Below are positions 24,591-36,519 of a DNA stretch of 64,000 nucleotides, piece after piece. The stretch spans positions 78,297,079-78,361,078 of the forward strand of contig NC_068988.1 of NCBI RefSeq assembly GCF_001194135.2, given 5' to 3'. The first letter of the stretch is position 1. Every line of letters begins with the position of its first letter. A program made the translations under genes and the position numbers. The DNA comes from Octopus bimaculoides (lineage: Eukaryota). The notes under the pieces were generated by a model. The model did no database searches. It was not told the origin of the DNA and saw nothing but the letters and a program-made list of their open reading frames with translations.

Positions 24591-25040
24591 AAGGATAATA
24601 TAACACAAGGATAGAGGATAACAGACTTTAAGAGTAGATCACATCATTTGTTTCTCACAGTACACCAACTTTAGTTGCTGAATTTATATTCATATACCAT
24701 TGTAAAAGATTATTTTTTATAATTGCTGTACAGTTGAATGCTGCTCAATAACAGCCATGTGTGGGCACTTCATCAAGGCAGAATACAATTAATTCTTGTT
24801 GGATTTTTTCTGGGTACATGTGTGTCTTTGTATATGTCCTTTCCTACTATTGCTTGACAACTGGTGTTGGTTTGTTTATGTCCTCAACTAAACAGTTTGG
24901 CAAAAGAGATTGTTCGAAGGATTATTTACTTAAACTCAGTGGAATACATCCACCGGTTTTCAAGAATAGAAATATTAATATTTCTAAGTCTCTCTAAAGG
25001 AGACTACGGCAGCGGTACTGGATATTAATAGTTATCGCCA

Positions 25041-25410
25041 AGCCAACATGGCAGTTCAAAAAAATAGGACAAATGCTGCTATTGATTAGCTCCAAGAGGC
25101 CATCACCCCTAGCTAGCTATGTGACACATGAACCTGTGTCCATAATAACTTTCGAACAAAGGAGGTCAGCCGCCTCCCCTTGCTGGTCTGACATCTACAG
25201 ACTAGTTTCAGGGTATTTGCCCCTTATCAATGTAGAGCAGCCAAACTAGTCTGTAGATGCCAGACCAGCAAGGGGAAGCGGCTGACCTCCCCTGTTCAAA
25301 TGTTATAATGGACACAGGTTCGTGTGTCACATAGCTAGCTAGAGGCGATGGCCTCTTGGAGCTAATCAACGGCAGCATTCGTCCTTTTTTTCTGGATTGC
25401 CATGTTAGCT
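25041..25410. repeat. Fold-back (about 170-bp inverted arms) around a hammerhead-like loop; probable PLE pseudo-LTR inversion
   Basis: Arms 25041-25209 and 25242-25410 are reverse complements with scattered mismatches; short central spacer. Confidence 0.85.
25195..25235 (-). ncRNA. Minimal type I hammerhead ribozyme fold, core mutated
   Basis: Minus strand CUACA-UUGAUAA-GGGG-CAAAUA-CCCU-GAAA-CUAG-UC-UGUAG: stem I CUACA/UGUAG, stem II GGGG/CCCU, palindromic stem III ACUAGU, GUC cleavage triplet; CUGAUGA core has two transitions. Confidence 0.7.
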
Positions 25411-26243
25411 AGGTAAAGTTATTTTAACAACTTACAAATTCCTATGCATACTTAAAGAACCATTTTCTATAGATCATTTAGCATGGTGTAGTAATCAAGT
25501 TGAAAATAAAGGCTCCACATTATAATATCATTAGCTAGCTGACATGTTTAAGACATTTAGAAGGCTAACTGTTGATGGCACTGCTTAGACATTCTAAATT
25601 ATGTTAGTAAATCCTCCTTTATTATGGTGTCTCCCCTTAAGAAAACTTAAGGCTCCCATTCAGTGGCCTAAAAATGTAAGGTGTCTTTGAATAGCCTGTC
25701 TTCCAATCATTTTACATTTGCATGCTGATGTTAATGACTTTTAGATAATGTCTTAAGCCAAAAATTACTTTGAAGTGACTTCAAATAAGTGGACCCTATC
25801 ACTTATAAAGTTTGATTTCATTTTAAGCAAAATCTAAAACATCTTCTTGAAATATTATAACATTACAAAAATTTACTCTTATATAACATTATTAAGTAAT
25901 TATGATGCACAACTTAAATATTCTCTCCTGATGTACATCTCTAATACAAGGAATACGGCTGAATGACTGAATGGTGTCAGAAAGTTTCTGTTTTTGCTGT
26001 AATGTTTATTTCAATCATGCATTCATATAAATGTTGTATTACAGTTCTTGTGATTCAACTATTTTAAGGCTTAAGTTTGTTGTTCGTGATACAGCCATAG
26101 TGAAGTTTATGAAGTATAAAATAGATAGTACAGAGCTACATTAAATGTACTTTTTTCTTTTGTGTTCATAAATATATATTGTAGATTTAAATCACAAGAG
26201 TTGAAAAAGTGCTGACAACAGGAATTTTGTTTTCTCTTTACAG

Positions 26244-26308
26244 ATGATTCCTTTAATTTCCAAGTGATTTTACTGAAAAATGGCACAATAAAATTTGTAT
26301 ATAAAAAG
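26244..26308 (+). CDS. PLXDC2: PLXDC1/2-like internal exon
   Basis: ctctttacag|AT acceptor, AAG|gtgatt donor. Encodes (D)DSFNFQVILLKNGTIKFVYKK, matching vertebrate [21 protein letters not shown]. Confidence 0.92.
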
Positions 26309-26887
26309 GTGATTATTCAAAGTTTGTTGTGCAGTTAAATTTTAATCTAGAATTCATTGTCATATTTTTATGTGTTAATTAAGCCAGCAATTGAGGAAGA
26401 TTTTACAATTGAAGATAACCATTGATAAGTGTGGTGTATCTAAATATAGTCTTGCTGTAAAAATTGGTTGGTGTTAAGAACCAAATTAATGAGAGAGAGA
26501 TAGACACAGAGAAAGCTGGAGATTTAAGACCCTTAGATTGCTTCATTCAATCACTGATAAATCAATACATCTGGGGTCAAAAATGATTACAAGGCCCTAT
26601 TTTGTGAATTATTTATTTCTTTATGGGTTAATCAGAGGAGGAGGTGTAGTCATAAAGGCTTCCAAATTGAATGGAGGAAATATTCCCAAGCTTGCAATTG
26701 AGTGAACTTTGCTAATGGCACATCCACTCAGAGACCAGTTGGTGATCATGTTAAACTGGGCAACAAATTAAATTCACAACTGATATAGTCATTAACTTGG
26801 ATTTCAAATTTAAGCAGTCTTTGTAGCTGTATATCTATAAAGACAATCCCTTACACTGCATTGTTCGTGATAAACTTTTATTTAAGA

Positions 26888-27423
26888 TTAGCAGAAATGC
26901 CCGGCGTTGCTCGGGGCTTAATTACTTTAAAGTACTCGATTCTACTCAATTATCATTATTGAGGCAAGGATTGATATAAGTTTACGCCCACCCAATCGAT
27001 TTGCAACTCGATAGAAAGCCCTGCAAAGAGCATTGCAACACTCTCAGTAGTGGGTAACAATAGAATAATGTAGGTCATAGGGTCATTTTTTCAGTCAAAA
27101 TAACTCCTAATTACGAAAAAAATCAATAAAACTACGTACAAAATCATTTTCCCCTCTAAAACAATCAAATTTACTCTTTCTATTTCTATTACAAATTGTT
27201 TCAACCACAGATAGAATTCCCTTCCCTACAAACTGACAGTTTGTAGGGAATAAATGTTTGACTGTCGATCATATTTGAAAAAGATTGACAGGTATTTGTA
27301 TGTATGTGTTTATGTATGTATTAGAGTGCATTGTCCATGATCTTTTGCCACGTCATGTACCCAGTTATGTATCTATGTGTACATGTAGATGAAGGTATGT
27401 ACATATATATGCATATACTCATA

Positions 27424-27461
<38 letters not shown>

Positions 27462-28655
27462 TATGCAGGGCAGGGAATCGTCAATTAGTAATAAAATTAA
27501 TAATTAACAATTTTGCCGGGTAGCTCAGTATGAAAAAACCTTTTTCGGTAAAAAACATTTATAATCATAAATATATAGGGATTGACAGTNNNNNNNNNNN
27601 NNNNNNNNNNNNNNNNNNNNNNNNNNNNNNNNNNNNNNNNNNNNNNNNNNNNNNNNNNNNNNNNNNNNNNNNNNNNNNNNNNNNNNNNNNNNNNNNNNNN
27701 NNNNNNNNNNNNNNNNNNNNNNNNNNNNNNNNNNNNNNNNNNNNNNNNNNNNNNNNNNNNNNNNNNNNNNNNNNNNNNNNNNNNNNNNNNNNNNNNNNNN
27801 NNNNNNNNNNNNNNNNNNNNNNNNNNNNNNNNNNNNNNNNNNNNNNNNNNNNNNNNNNNNNNNNNNNNNNNNNNNNNNNNNNNNNNNNNNNNNNNNNNNN
27901 NNNNNNNNNNNNNNNNNNNNNNNNNNNNNNNTATATATATATATATATATATATATGGTAGTAAGTAAATGTGTTTTAAAAAAGATTTTAAAAAACCTCA
28001 CAGTTTGTAGGGAATAAATGCTTGACTGTCGATGTGAAAGTTACTTGTACAGAGAAATTGTCTTGGAAAGTATGCGTAAATTGTAGGGGGAAAGGGTGAT
28101 AAACACCGAATAAATAAAAAAACTGACTGGTATTTGTATGTATGTGTGTATTAATGTGCATTGTCTCTCTATATATATGGTAGTAAGTAAATGTGTTTTA
28201 GGAAAGATTTTAAAAAAATTCAGTTTGTAGAGAATAAATGTTTGACTGTCGATCTTATTTGGAAAAGACTGACAGGTATTTGTATGTATGTGTGTATTTG
28301 TACGTATGTATGTATAAGTGTGTATTGTCTGTAAATATATATATATATATATGGTAGTAAGTAAATGTGTTTTAAAAAGATTGGTAAATTTTCAGATTAA
28401 CACCTCCACAATTTTCACTACAGTGTTAGGGTTAGGGTTAGGTAGGAAATTGTGCGGGTGTTAATCTCAAGATTTATGAAAAGATTTTCAAAAACACTCA
28501 CAGTTTGTAGGGAATAAATGTTTGTCGATTGTATTTGAAAAAGATGGCTCGCTATTTTTTTTTTTGTTTTTGTTATCATAGTGAAGGACAGAGTTAGAAA
28601 TGGACAGTGAACTTACAATTCCCGCCAATTAGAATGAGGTCATTGGTAACCTTAG

Positions 28656-28689
<34 letters not shown>

Positions 28690-29178
28690 NNNNNNNNNNN
28701 NNNNNNNNNNNNNNNNNNNNNNNNNNNNNNNNNNNNNNNNNNNNNNNNNNNNNNNNNNNNNNNNNNNNNNNNNNNNNNNNNNNNNNNNNNNNNNNNNTGT
28801 GTGTGTGTATTTACGTATGATTGATAGTGTGTCTGTTTATTTGACTCTCACTCTTTTTCCTTCGTTTCTTTGTCTTTTTTCTTTGTCTTTTTTCTTGGAT
28901 TGTTCGTAAGCGTTCATAAGAGAAAGTAGCAATTGAAACGATTTGTAATAGGAGTAGAAAGAGTAAATTAGATTGTTTTAGAGGGGAAAATGATTTTGTA
29001 TATAGTTTTATGAATTTTATTCGTAATTGGAAGTTATTTTGACGGAAAAAATGACGCTGTGACCTAAGTCATGGTATTTAGAATATTAATTCCGATTCTT
29101 TCATCCAAGATATTTGGAATTGTGTAAATGTATGAATTTTAAACATATACACACACACAGAGAATCTGCCTTTTATAG
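26888..29178 (+). mobile_element. Non-autonomous Helitron-like element with nested insertion
   Basis: 5' end TTAGCAGAAATGCCCGGCGTTGCTCGGG resembles invertebrate Helitron starts; 3' region has a TCCAA/TTGGA hairpin, (AC)n and a ...ttttaTAG-at end. Confidence 0.45.
27073..29064. mobile_element. TIR element with about 130-bp terminal inverted repeats and internal sub-repeats
   Basis: TA|GGTCATAGGGTCATTTTTTC...tttcaa (27071-27207) is the reverse complement of ttgaaa...GAAAAAATGACGCTGTGACC|TA (28933-29066). Internal unit cagtttgtagggaataaatg occurs at about 27237, 28001, 28221 and 28501. Two N gaps inside. Confidence 0.7.
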
Positions 29179-29243
29179 ATAACATACATGATACTGTTTT
29201 CCCTTATTATTTTACAAGAAATGAATTTAATTTCTACTTCCAG

Positions 29244-29337
29244 TTACCAATATCTCCTCATTTTATCAGTTCACAAAACCATCCTGTAAAAATAGGATTG
29301 TCCGATGCATATTACATTGACAAAAAGGGTAAAAGTG
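29244..29337 (+). CDS. PLXDC2: PLXDC1/2-like internal exon
   Basis: ctacttccag|TTA acceptor, G|gtaagt donor. Encodes LPISPHFISSQNHPVKIGLSDAYYIDKKGKS, matching ISSTNHPVKVGLSDAF. Confidence 0.94.
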
Positions 29338-30199
29338 GTAAGTTTGTATTCATGTCAATTATCTAATATTTATTTTGCATGAGAGTCGTAATAAATGGAG
29401 TGAGTTCACTGTTTTTCATCAAATGCATCAATTAATAAATAACTTCTGAAGAGTACTTCTGTCAGGCTTTGAGTATCAACTAACCATTCATCATATACAC
29501 AGTAATAGTAGTAGTTGTAGGAGGAGGAGGAAGCTATATTGTCACTATGTATCTGTGTGAAATATATTTCTGTAAATATTTTGAGCAGTGAGGTGGATGG
29601 AACTGCATAATATGTATAACCTAATTCTATATAAAAATGATTTTTTACCTTTTGATCACAAACAATTTGTTTTAGAGCACTTAGTTAAATATGTACAGAT
29701 CAAACAATTCAAGAGCACAATTTTGTTTAACTTTGGTCTCATAGCATTGGTTCTGTAAGACTCATGTATGCTGTGCCTGTTCAACATCCCAATAATGTGA
29801 ACCTAATTACACCTCTTGCTAGTGTTCATTTGAAGGTGTTAAAGCTAATAGTGTATAAGTTTAAAATTGAAAGTGAAATACTGCAGAAAAGGCATTATAA
29901 TGAGTCCTGAACTGAAAAAAGTTTAGACAAACAAGACATTAGAGGTTACAGGTTCTCAAACATAAGCTTTACGAAACTAGAGTCTAAAATTATCCTCTCT
30001 TAAAACTGTTGGCTTGTTCATGTAGCTGAGTAAGCAGTACCTGTGATGTTCTGTATAAATGTTTATAGATAGCATTGTTTGCTTGTTCACTACACAGCAA
30101 AATATAAATATACAGTGGAGATGTATGTGCGCTCACACACACACACACACATGATGAAGTATTTGAGGATGTATTGGGTAATATAATAAAACAACTCTA

Positions 30200-31300
30200 A
30201 TCTAGCAAAAACCAAATGTATGTTTATAAAAATTTGTGTACATGTTCTCAGTAAGCTTTCTTATACGAATTATTTTATCAATCTGCCACTGACTGCTTCA
30301 ATGCAAGACTGGAATTGGTGACATGCCTGTTCTAAATGGTCCTCATTCATTTCAAAGTCACCTGAAGAGTAGCTTCAGTGAAGCTATGGTCTTGTAGGGA
30401 TGTCAATTAGTCTCCCTTTCAACAATGCTGAAAACATTTTAGTCCATGGGATTTAAATCCAATTAGTTTGGAGGACACAAGTTTCATGTTACATGATCAT
30501 AAAGATTGTCTAACATCTATTCAGGGGTTACATAGACTTTGTGGGAAAGTGCTGAGCTCTGTTGAAACACATATGGCCTTCCACTGCATACTTCATCCAT
30601 CCAGGATTTAACAGCTGTCTCCAGCACCTCATTGTATCCAGCAGCATTAATTCTAAGAACTTGTGGAAGGATGTGAGTTGGCATGACATGACCTTCATTA
30701 TTCACCATTCCTAAAAAAAACAATCACAGTTACTAGCAACTTAGTGTGCATCACTCTGAAAATATTTCTCCTGTTAGACTTTTGATCTTCGTCAAACTTT
30801 TATTCCTCAGAGAGGAACCAAAGCAGGCCAGGTTTGTGAAGATTTTTAACCTTGTTAAGTAACCACTTGATATAGATCAAACAGTTTGCCTGTGTCGTTG
30901 CAGATATGAAGTAGCCTCTCCTCAGTACATGTGACTTGTTTCCAATGCCCTCATGCACTGCAGTTCTAATTATCTACTGCATCACCAGAAATTCTTTATT
31001 GATTACCCTTATTGATTTTCTGGGACCATCATCAATAATGTTTTGAGCCTTCTGGATGAATTACAGTGTCCCTATTGTGTCCAAACGTTTAGAATTTTAT
31101 TTTTGTCTTTAATACAGCTGTAATGTTCTTGCTGGAAGCTTCCTATTTCATCCAAACTATGTATAGAACAAAGATCTTGCCACATTTAGAAAGTTGGCAA
31201 TTTATAAACTGCCTTGTTTCACACTCATGTGGCAACGATGGGTGCATGTCTTTTCATTTCTTGTGTTAGCATTTTATCTGTCATGAAGGATCTGAAAGAA
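30200..31300 (-). mobile_element. Tc1/mariner DD37D (maT)-type transposase relic
   Basis: Minus strand MLTQEMKRHA... N-terminus and NNEGHVMP...GRPYVFQQSSALSHK...LDLNPMD; homologous to the element at 39940-41230. Confidence 0.7.
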
Positions 31301-32282
31301 ATAAAAGCCTTTTAATTGGTTTGAAGAGAGTAATATACTGATAATTAGGTTTCCTCAAGTACCCTTTGCACTCTGTATATTTGAGAGAGACTGACAAATG
31401 GACAAGATTATACAGACCTCATAAAAATTTGATTGACTTAGATGAACTGAGGCAGCACATTCTTAGTTCATCTAAATTAGTTATTTGATTATTGAGGGTA
31501 TACAGTGATTCAGCAGGTAATCTCACAAGCATGCTCGTGTGTGTAAATATTCTCATTTCATATCTCTTTTCTATTTGGATGAGCCACAACAATCCAAGTT
31601 CACTCTTATCTTGAGTTATTGCTCTCACAGTTAGTTCAAGGGTCCATGTCTTGTTTGTAATTGATAACTTTGGTCAACTGGATGTCCTTCCTACCATGTC
31701 CACTTTAAAAAACATTTACCCAAAGTGTCATACAGTGGAATTGAACCTAGGACCATATGGTTTTGGAACAGACTTTTTAACCCCCATGAAATAGATAGCA
31801 CTAATATAATATGAGCAGTGATTCCCTTCTCTTTATGAAGATACAAGAAATACATCTGATATCTTTTTATCTCATGAATATGTTCAAATAACTGTTTAAT
31901 CATAAAACCTGTACTCTTCTCTTCTGACATTTTATGTGGATACAGACATGGGTTTTAACACTTTCCTTGCCATATTTTTAATTAAATATGTGTTTCAGTT
32001 AATTGTGGAGATAACCAGGCATTTGGAGGGGTTTAGTAAATAAACTATTTCATTTTTATAATATAACAAGGTTGTTCCATAAAATGAGAATGAATGCTTT
32101 TAGTTTAGATAAGAGGAGAAAAGTTTTGGATTAGAATTAGGAGTGAATTAATGTAGAATGCTCTTATAGAGCTACTGCTTAATATGAAGCTGGGGGGGGG
32201 GAGATTAATATTTTTTAGCATGTATTAGCAGCTAAGTATTAGTAAAATTTAAAAACTTTTTGTTACTTTCATATTCTTTAAG

Positions 32283-32375
32283 GTATTGTCCGAATAATTT
32301 ATGAATACCACAGAGTTACAATTGATAAGGCAAAAATACAACAAAGAACCGTTGTGATACTTACTCCACTCCCAA
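32283..32375 (+). CDS. PLXDC2: PLXDC1/2-like internal exon
   Basis: ttctttaag|GT acceptor, A|gtaagt donor. Encodes (G)IVRIIYEYHRVTIDKAKIQQRTVVILTPLP, matching RTIYEYHRV...EMTPLP. Confidence 0.94.
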
Positions 32376-33369
32376 GTAAGTCTGTTAACTTTTACTTTAT
32401 TTGTTTTGGCTTTTTGTAATTACTGTCTTATATTAGCAAACTTGACTCCTTTCCTTCACATGTGTACGTCACTTTGTGACTGTAAAGTGTATCCTGAAAC
32501 CACTCTGAAGAAAATTCTCATTGTGTTGGTGTGAAACTTAGTTACCTTTGGGTTGGTGATGGAAGTTGTTTTACTAATTCTTTCCTCTGGGAATTGGTTA
32601 TGCAAGAATTTGAAATCCATCCACATTGATGAGATTACACATCAGATTGAATTAAGTGACCATTTACAGCACTAAAGACTCTTCTAACCTGTGTTAGAAG
32701 GAAATCCTATGATAAATATAATGATGGGCTAAGTTATTGATCTAGCAATTGAGTCAAGATCCAATAGTAATCATGACCTATACCCTTAGGAGGCAGACTT
32801 AGTTTTTGCATAATTTAGTATTTCATTTCTTTTCTTTTTAATATTCAATTAATCCTGTTGATGGAAGTTTCATCACTTGGCCCAAAGTCACCTCCCATAA
32901 TACTACTCTACCTGTCCAGTAGAGGGATCTTATCTTGCAAGTTACAAGGTGATATCACAGCTGCTGGTGCCACAGAAAAATCACCCAGTACAATTTGTAA
33001 AGTGGTTGGCATTAGGGAGGGCGTCCAGCCTTAAAGACCATGCCCATTCAGACAGCTCCTGTCACACCATCCAACCCATGCCAGCATGGTAGAAAGACAT
33101 TTAATGATGATAATGATTAATTCTTTACTTGACAAGTAATGACATAATTAATTTCATTGGCAATCACACAGTATAGAACATAATGTATTAGGTATATATA
33201 ACTATACTTTATTCCTCCTCTCAGGATTGTTTATTTATTTGTTTCTTTGTTTTGTTGAAACACGTTTTGAGAGTACATGATGAAGAAAATAGACTATTGT
33301 AATTTTGAACCTTCTTATCATATGTTAACAACTGTCATGTACTATCATGTATATAGAACCATATTTAGC

Positions 33370-33677
33370 CTTGTTGGGATGGTGTAACATTAAAAGCATG
33401 ACATAATGCCATCAACTGAGACCTTTAGCATTAGAGACCCATCAAACTGAGCAAAATGGCAGTTGTGACTGATACTGGTGTCACGCAAATGGCACCTATG
33501 CCAGTGGCACATAAAAGCACCCATTACACTCTCTGAGTGGTTGACATTAGGAAGGGCATCTAGCTGTAGAAAACCATGCCAAATCAGACTGGAATATGGT
33601 GCAACCTTCCAGCTTACCAGCCCTGGTCAAACCGTCCAACCCATGCCAGCATGAACAACTGATGTTAAATGATGATA
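33370..33677 (+). repeat. RTE-tail SINE-like repeat
   Basis: ...tggcacataaaagcacccattacactctctgagtgg...ccaacccatgccagcatg...gatgatg; a shorter fragment lies at 32950-33115. Confidence 0.75.
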
Positions 33678-34608
33678 TAAAATATATTGAATCATTGTAA
33701 AAAAATTGGCATAGTCATAGCTGGAATATCCTTGTCTTAGGGCTGCTGAATCGGGGTGTACCTGAGATTATCAACAACAGTAACTGTCTATTGTCAGGGT
33801 GCAGTAATGATATTTGAATTGCTGTTGTTTGGTTCCAGGATAAAGCCTCAATGAGTAGACTTTTGATCAGAGTACCCCAACATTAACTTTCCTATCTTTC
33901 TTATAGATATTTTAAGCTATATTTTCTAATGTACCTGATCCTTACATAAGACAGCAGGGTGTGATTTGCAACTCCATTGGGACTTCCCTGTTGGGATTAA
34001 TTGTTTTTCATTGATAATTTTCAGGTAGTGCCTATAGATTTCAGTTGTCAAGGGGATCAATGTTGAGAGAGACATTGTTCACGTCCTACTTGTTTTAATG
34101 ATACAAGTGGTACAGAATGATATGTCCATAGCTAGGAATTGCAACCATGCCCTATTCTTGATGATTTCGATGGGATTGCACCTTAGTGGCCCTTATTAAT
34201 ATTACTGGTATTCTTGCTCTGGGAATTGTTTAGTCTGATTAGCTACCAATTTTGCCACCTGTAGTTGGTCATTTACTCTGGAAGAAATAGCAGTCAAATC
34301 TTTCTTCAGATTGTACACTACTATCTTAAAAAGACAAAAATACATTGAATAATATAGTCCTACTTGTACGATGCTTGTAAGTAATAACTGGAATAACTTT
34401 GATTATAAGCCTGCTCAACCCTGGACTAAACAACAACTAATGTGAATATTTTTTGACAGATTGGATTAATGAAATGTATGAAGCCCATTGTTAATGATAT
34501 TTTTATAAAATAATTGATATGTGTTTGTTTCTTGTTAGCCATTAATTATTATCCTAGTAATTTTTTTATTTATTGAATAATGACATTTTTGTTTTCTTCT
34601 TTGGCCAG

Positions 34609-34751
34609 CCTGTAACCTTGCTGAAGATTGCCATACATGTTTCACTCAGAAAAGCAACTTTTCCTGTAGATGGTGTTCAACTTTGCAACGGTGTTCCAAT
34701 GGTATAGACTGGCACAGACAGTCATGGATTGCAAATGACTGTAATAGTGTT
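34609..34751 (+). CDS. PLXDC2: PLXDC1/2-like exon encoding the PSI (plexin repeat) domain
   Basis: ttctttggccag|CC acceptor, GTT|gtaagt donor. Encodes (T)CNLAEDCHTCFTQKSNFSCRWCSTLQRCSNGIDWHRQSWIANDCNSV, with PSI cysteine spacing and the CxWC...QRCSxGxDxHRQxW motif. Confidence 0.95.
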
Positions 34752-35399
34752 GTAAGTTGAGACTGTTTTTTAGCGTGTGTGTGTCATTGAGAATTAATGT
34801 CTTCACAGAATCAAAATTCGAGACAATAGCAGGGATCTGTGAATATGTGCATCAGTATATGCATGTATGAAGGTGTATATGCAAATATTCTTGTGCTCAT
34901 CAAATGGATGAATGTGTTTCTTTGGTACATGATTGTGTACAGTTTATGTATGTGTATTTGTAATATACACGTACATATGACTGTATGCATTCAATGCTTT
35001 ACAAATTTTTATTGTATTACAAATCAGTTGTATTTGGAGAATGTGAAATTGCTTTGTTTTTTCTATTCTTGGTATTTCTAAGATTTTATGAAAACCTGTT
35101 ATGTAACCCATTTGTACCTATGATAGCAGGTACAAATGAAAATCATACTCTGGTTATAAGAGCTGTAAGTTTCTCATCATCATGTAGATGTTCTTTTCTT
35201 CAATTTTTGATGACATATTTGTATCTGCTAAGCAGCTGATTGCAGTAACAGTGTATCATTTTTTGATCTTTGTCCCACAGAGCAATGTCTGGTTTTAATG
35301 TTTACACTAGAGTGCAGTTTTTTTATTGGAAAAACACTAGTAATCTTTAGTTTTTAAAAGTGTGGATAAATTGTGATTCTGGTGTACCTTTGGTACTGC

Positions 35400-36180
35400 T
35401 ACCAGGAAATTCTTCATGCAAATAGCTTTGTAGTTGGTTTTAGTGACAGTATCAAGTCTCATGGGAAGGTAGTACCTTGTAGTAACTTTTGGAGAGCCTG
35501 CTGATGATGTGGGTAATATCTTCTACACTGGAGTGACACAATCAACATTTTAGATACCTCTAAATCTCCATGTTGTGAAATCTTAGAAGCATCCTTATCT
35601 CTAATATTGATCAGATATTTTGTAGCTTTCTCTCATTCTCCGATAGCAAAGGTGTAGCCTCCCACAGGAAATGTGATATATAGATCAAAAGTGACCAGGA
35701 CTTCTGTCAATGTTGTTAGTATTTTCTAACTTAAGGTGCATGCATAACTTTCTGCTGGTATGTGTATTTCTCCAAGTTCCCATTTTTGTTGGTTAGTCCC
35801 ACTACCTTTGGTTCACATGCAATACCTGTAGACTCATATCTTGTGTGCATTTCTCTCCTTACTCTTCAGTAGTTGTTATCTAAGTGGTACCATGCAGCAC
35901 TCAAAAAACATTTTGACCGATTTTTATGCCTCTGCTTTCATCCCTCCATTTAGCATAGCTAAATGTAGAAGTTACCAGTAGTTCTTTCTGGTTTTCGTGT
36001 CCAAATTGTAGATATCTTCAAGTATCCAGTCCAGCATTCTAGATATTGGTAATTGCACTGGCACTGCTAAGGTATTTTGGGATAGCAAGACACTTATCGT
36101 ATGTAGATACCAATGATCACTGTTTCAACATCATCTTTTCCATTCTCTGATAGACTGGCCAGAAATCATTGAGGCAGATT
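35400..36180 (-). mobile_element. Decayed R4-like RLE LINE fragment
   Basis: Minus strand TRKPERTTGNFY and VTTRYYLPMRLDTV motifs, paralogous to those in 36520-37870. Confidence 0.45.
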
Positions 36181-36364
36181 TTTTGCAGCTGGATGCCCTT
36201 ATTGTTACCATCTGTCTGGTGTTTCCTTGTAAGGTAATATTTCCCTATGGCTGGACATGTTTTCATATAAGAAATGAAGGACACTCCTTATATGACAGTG
36301 ATGCTTGTATGTGTGTGTGTATTTATGCACATCCATGTGTGTATGTAAATGCATGTAATATATG

Positions 36365-36406
<42 letters not shown>

Positions 36407-36519
36407 CACACACACACACACACACACAAATATATATATATATATATGTTCTCTTCCTCTTTTTTATTTAGAACAAATTTTGACTTGAGCAAAGTTGTGA
36501 AGGAAAGCATCTTGTTTTA

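Noticed and set aside
27237-28560. CRISPR-like array (repeated 60-70 bp unit)
   Set aside because: Eukaryotic context, irregular spacing, spacers are themselves repeats and microsatellites, and there are no cas genes.
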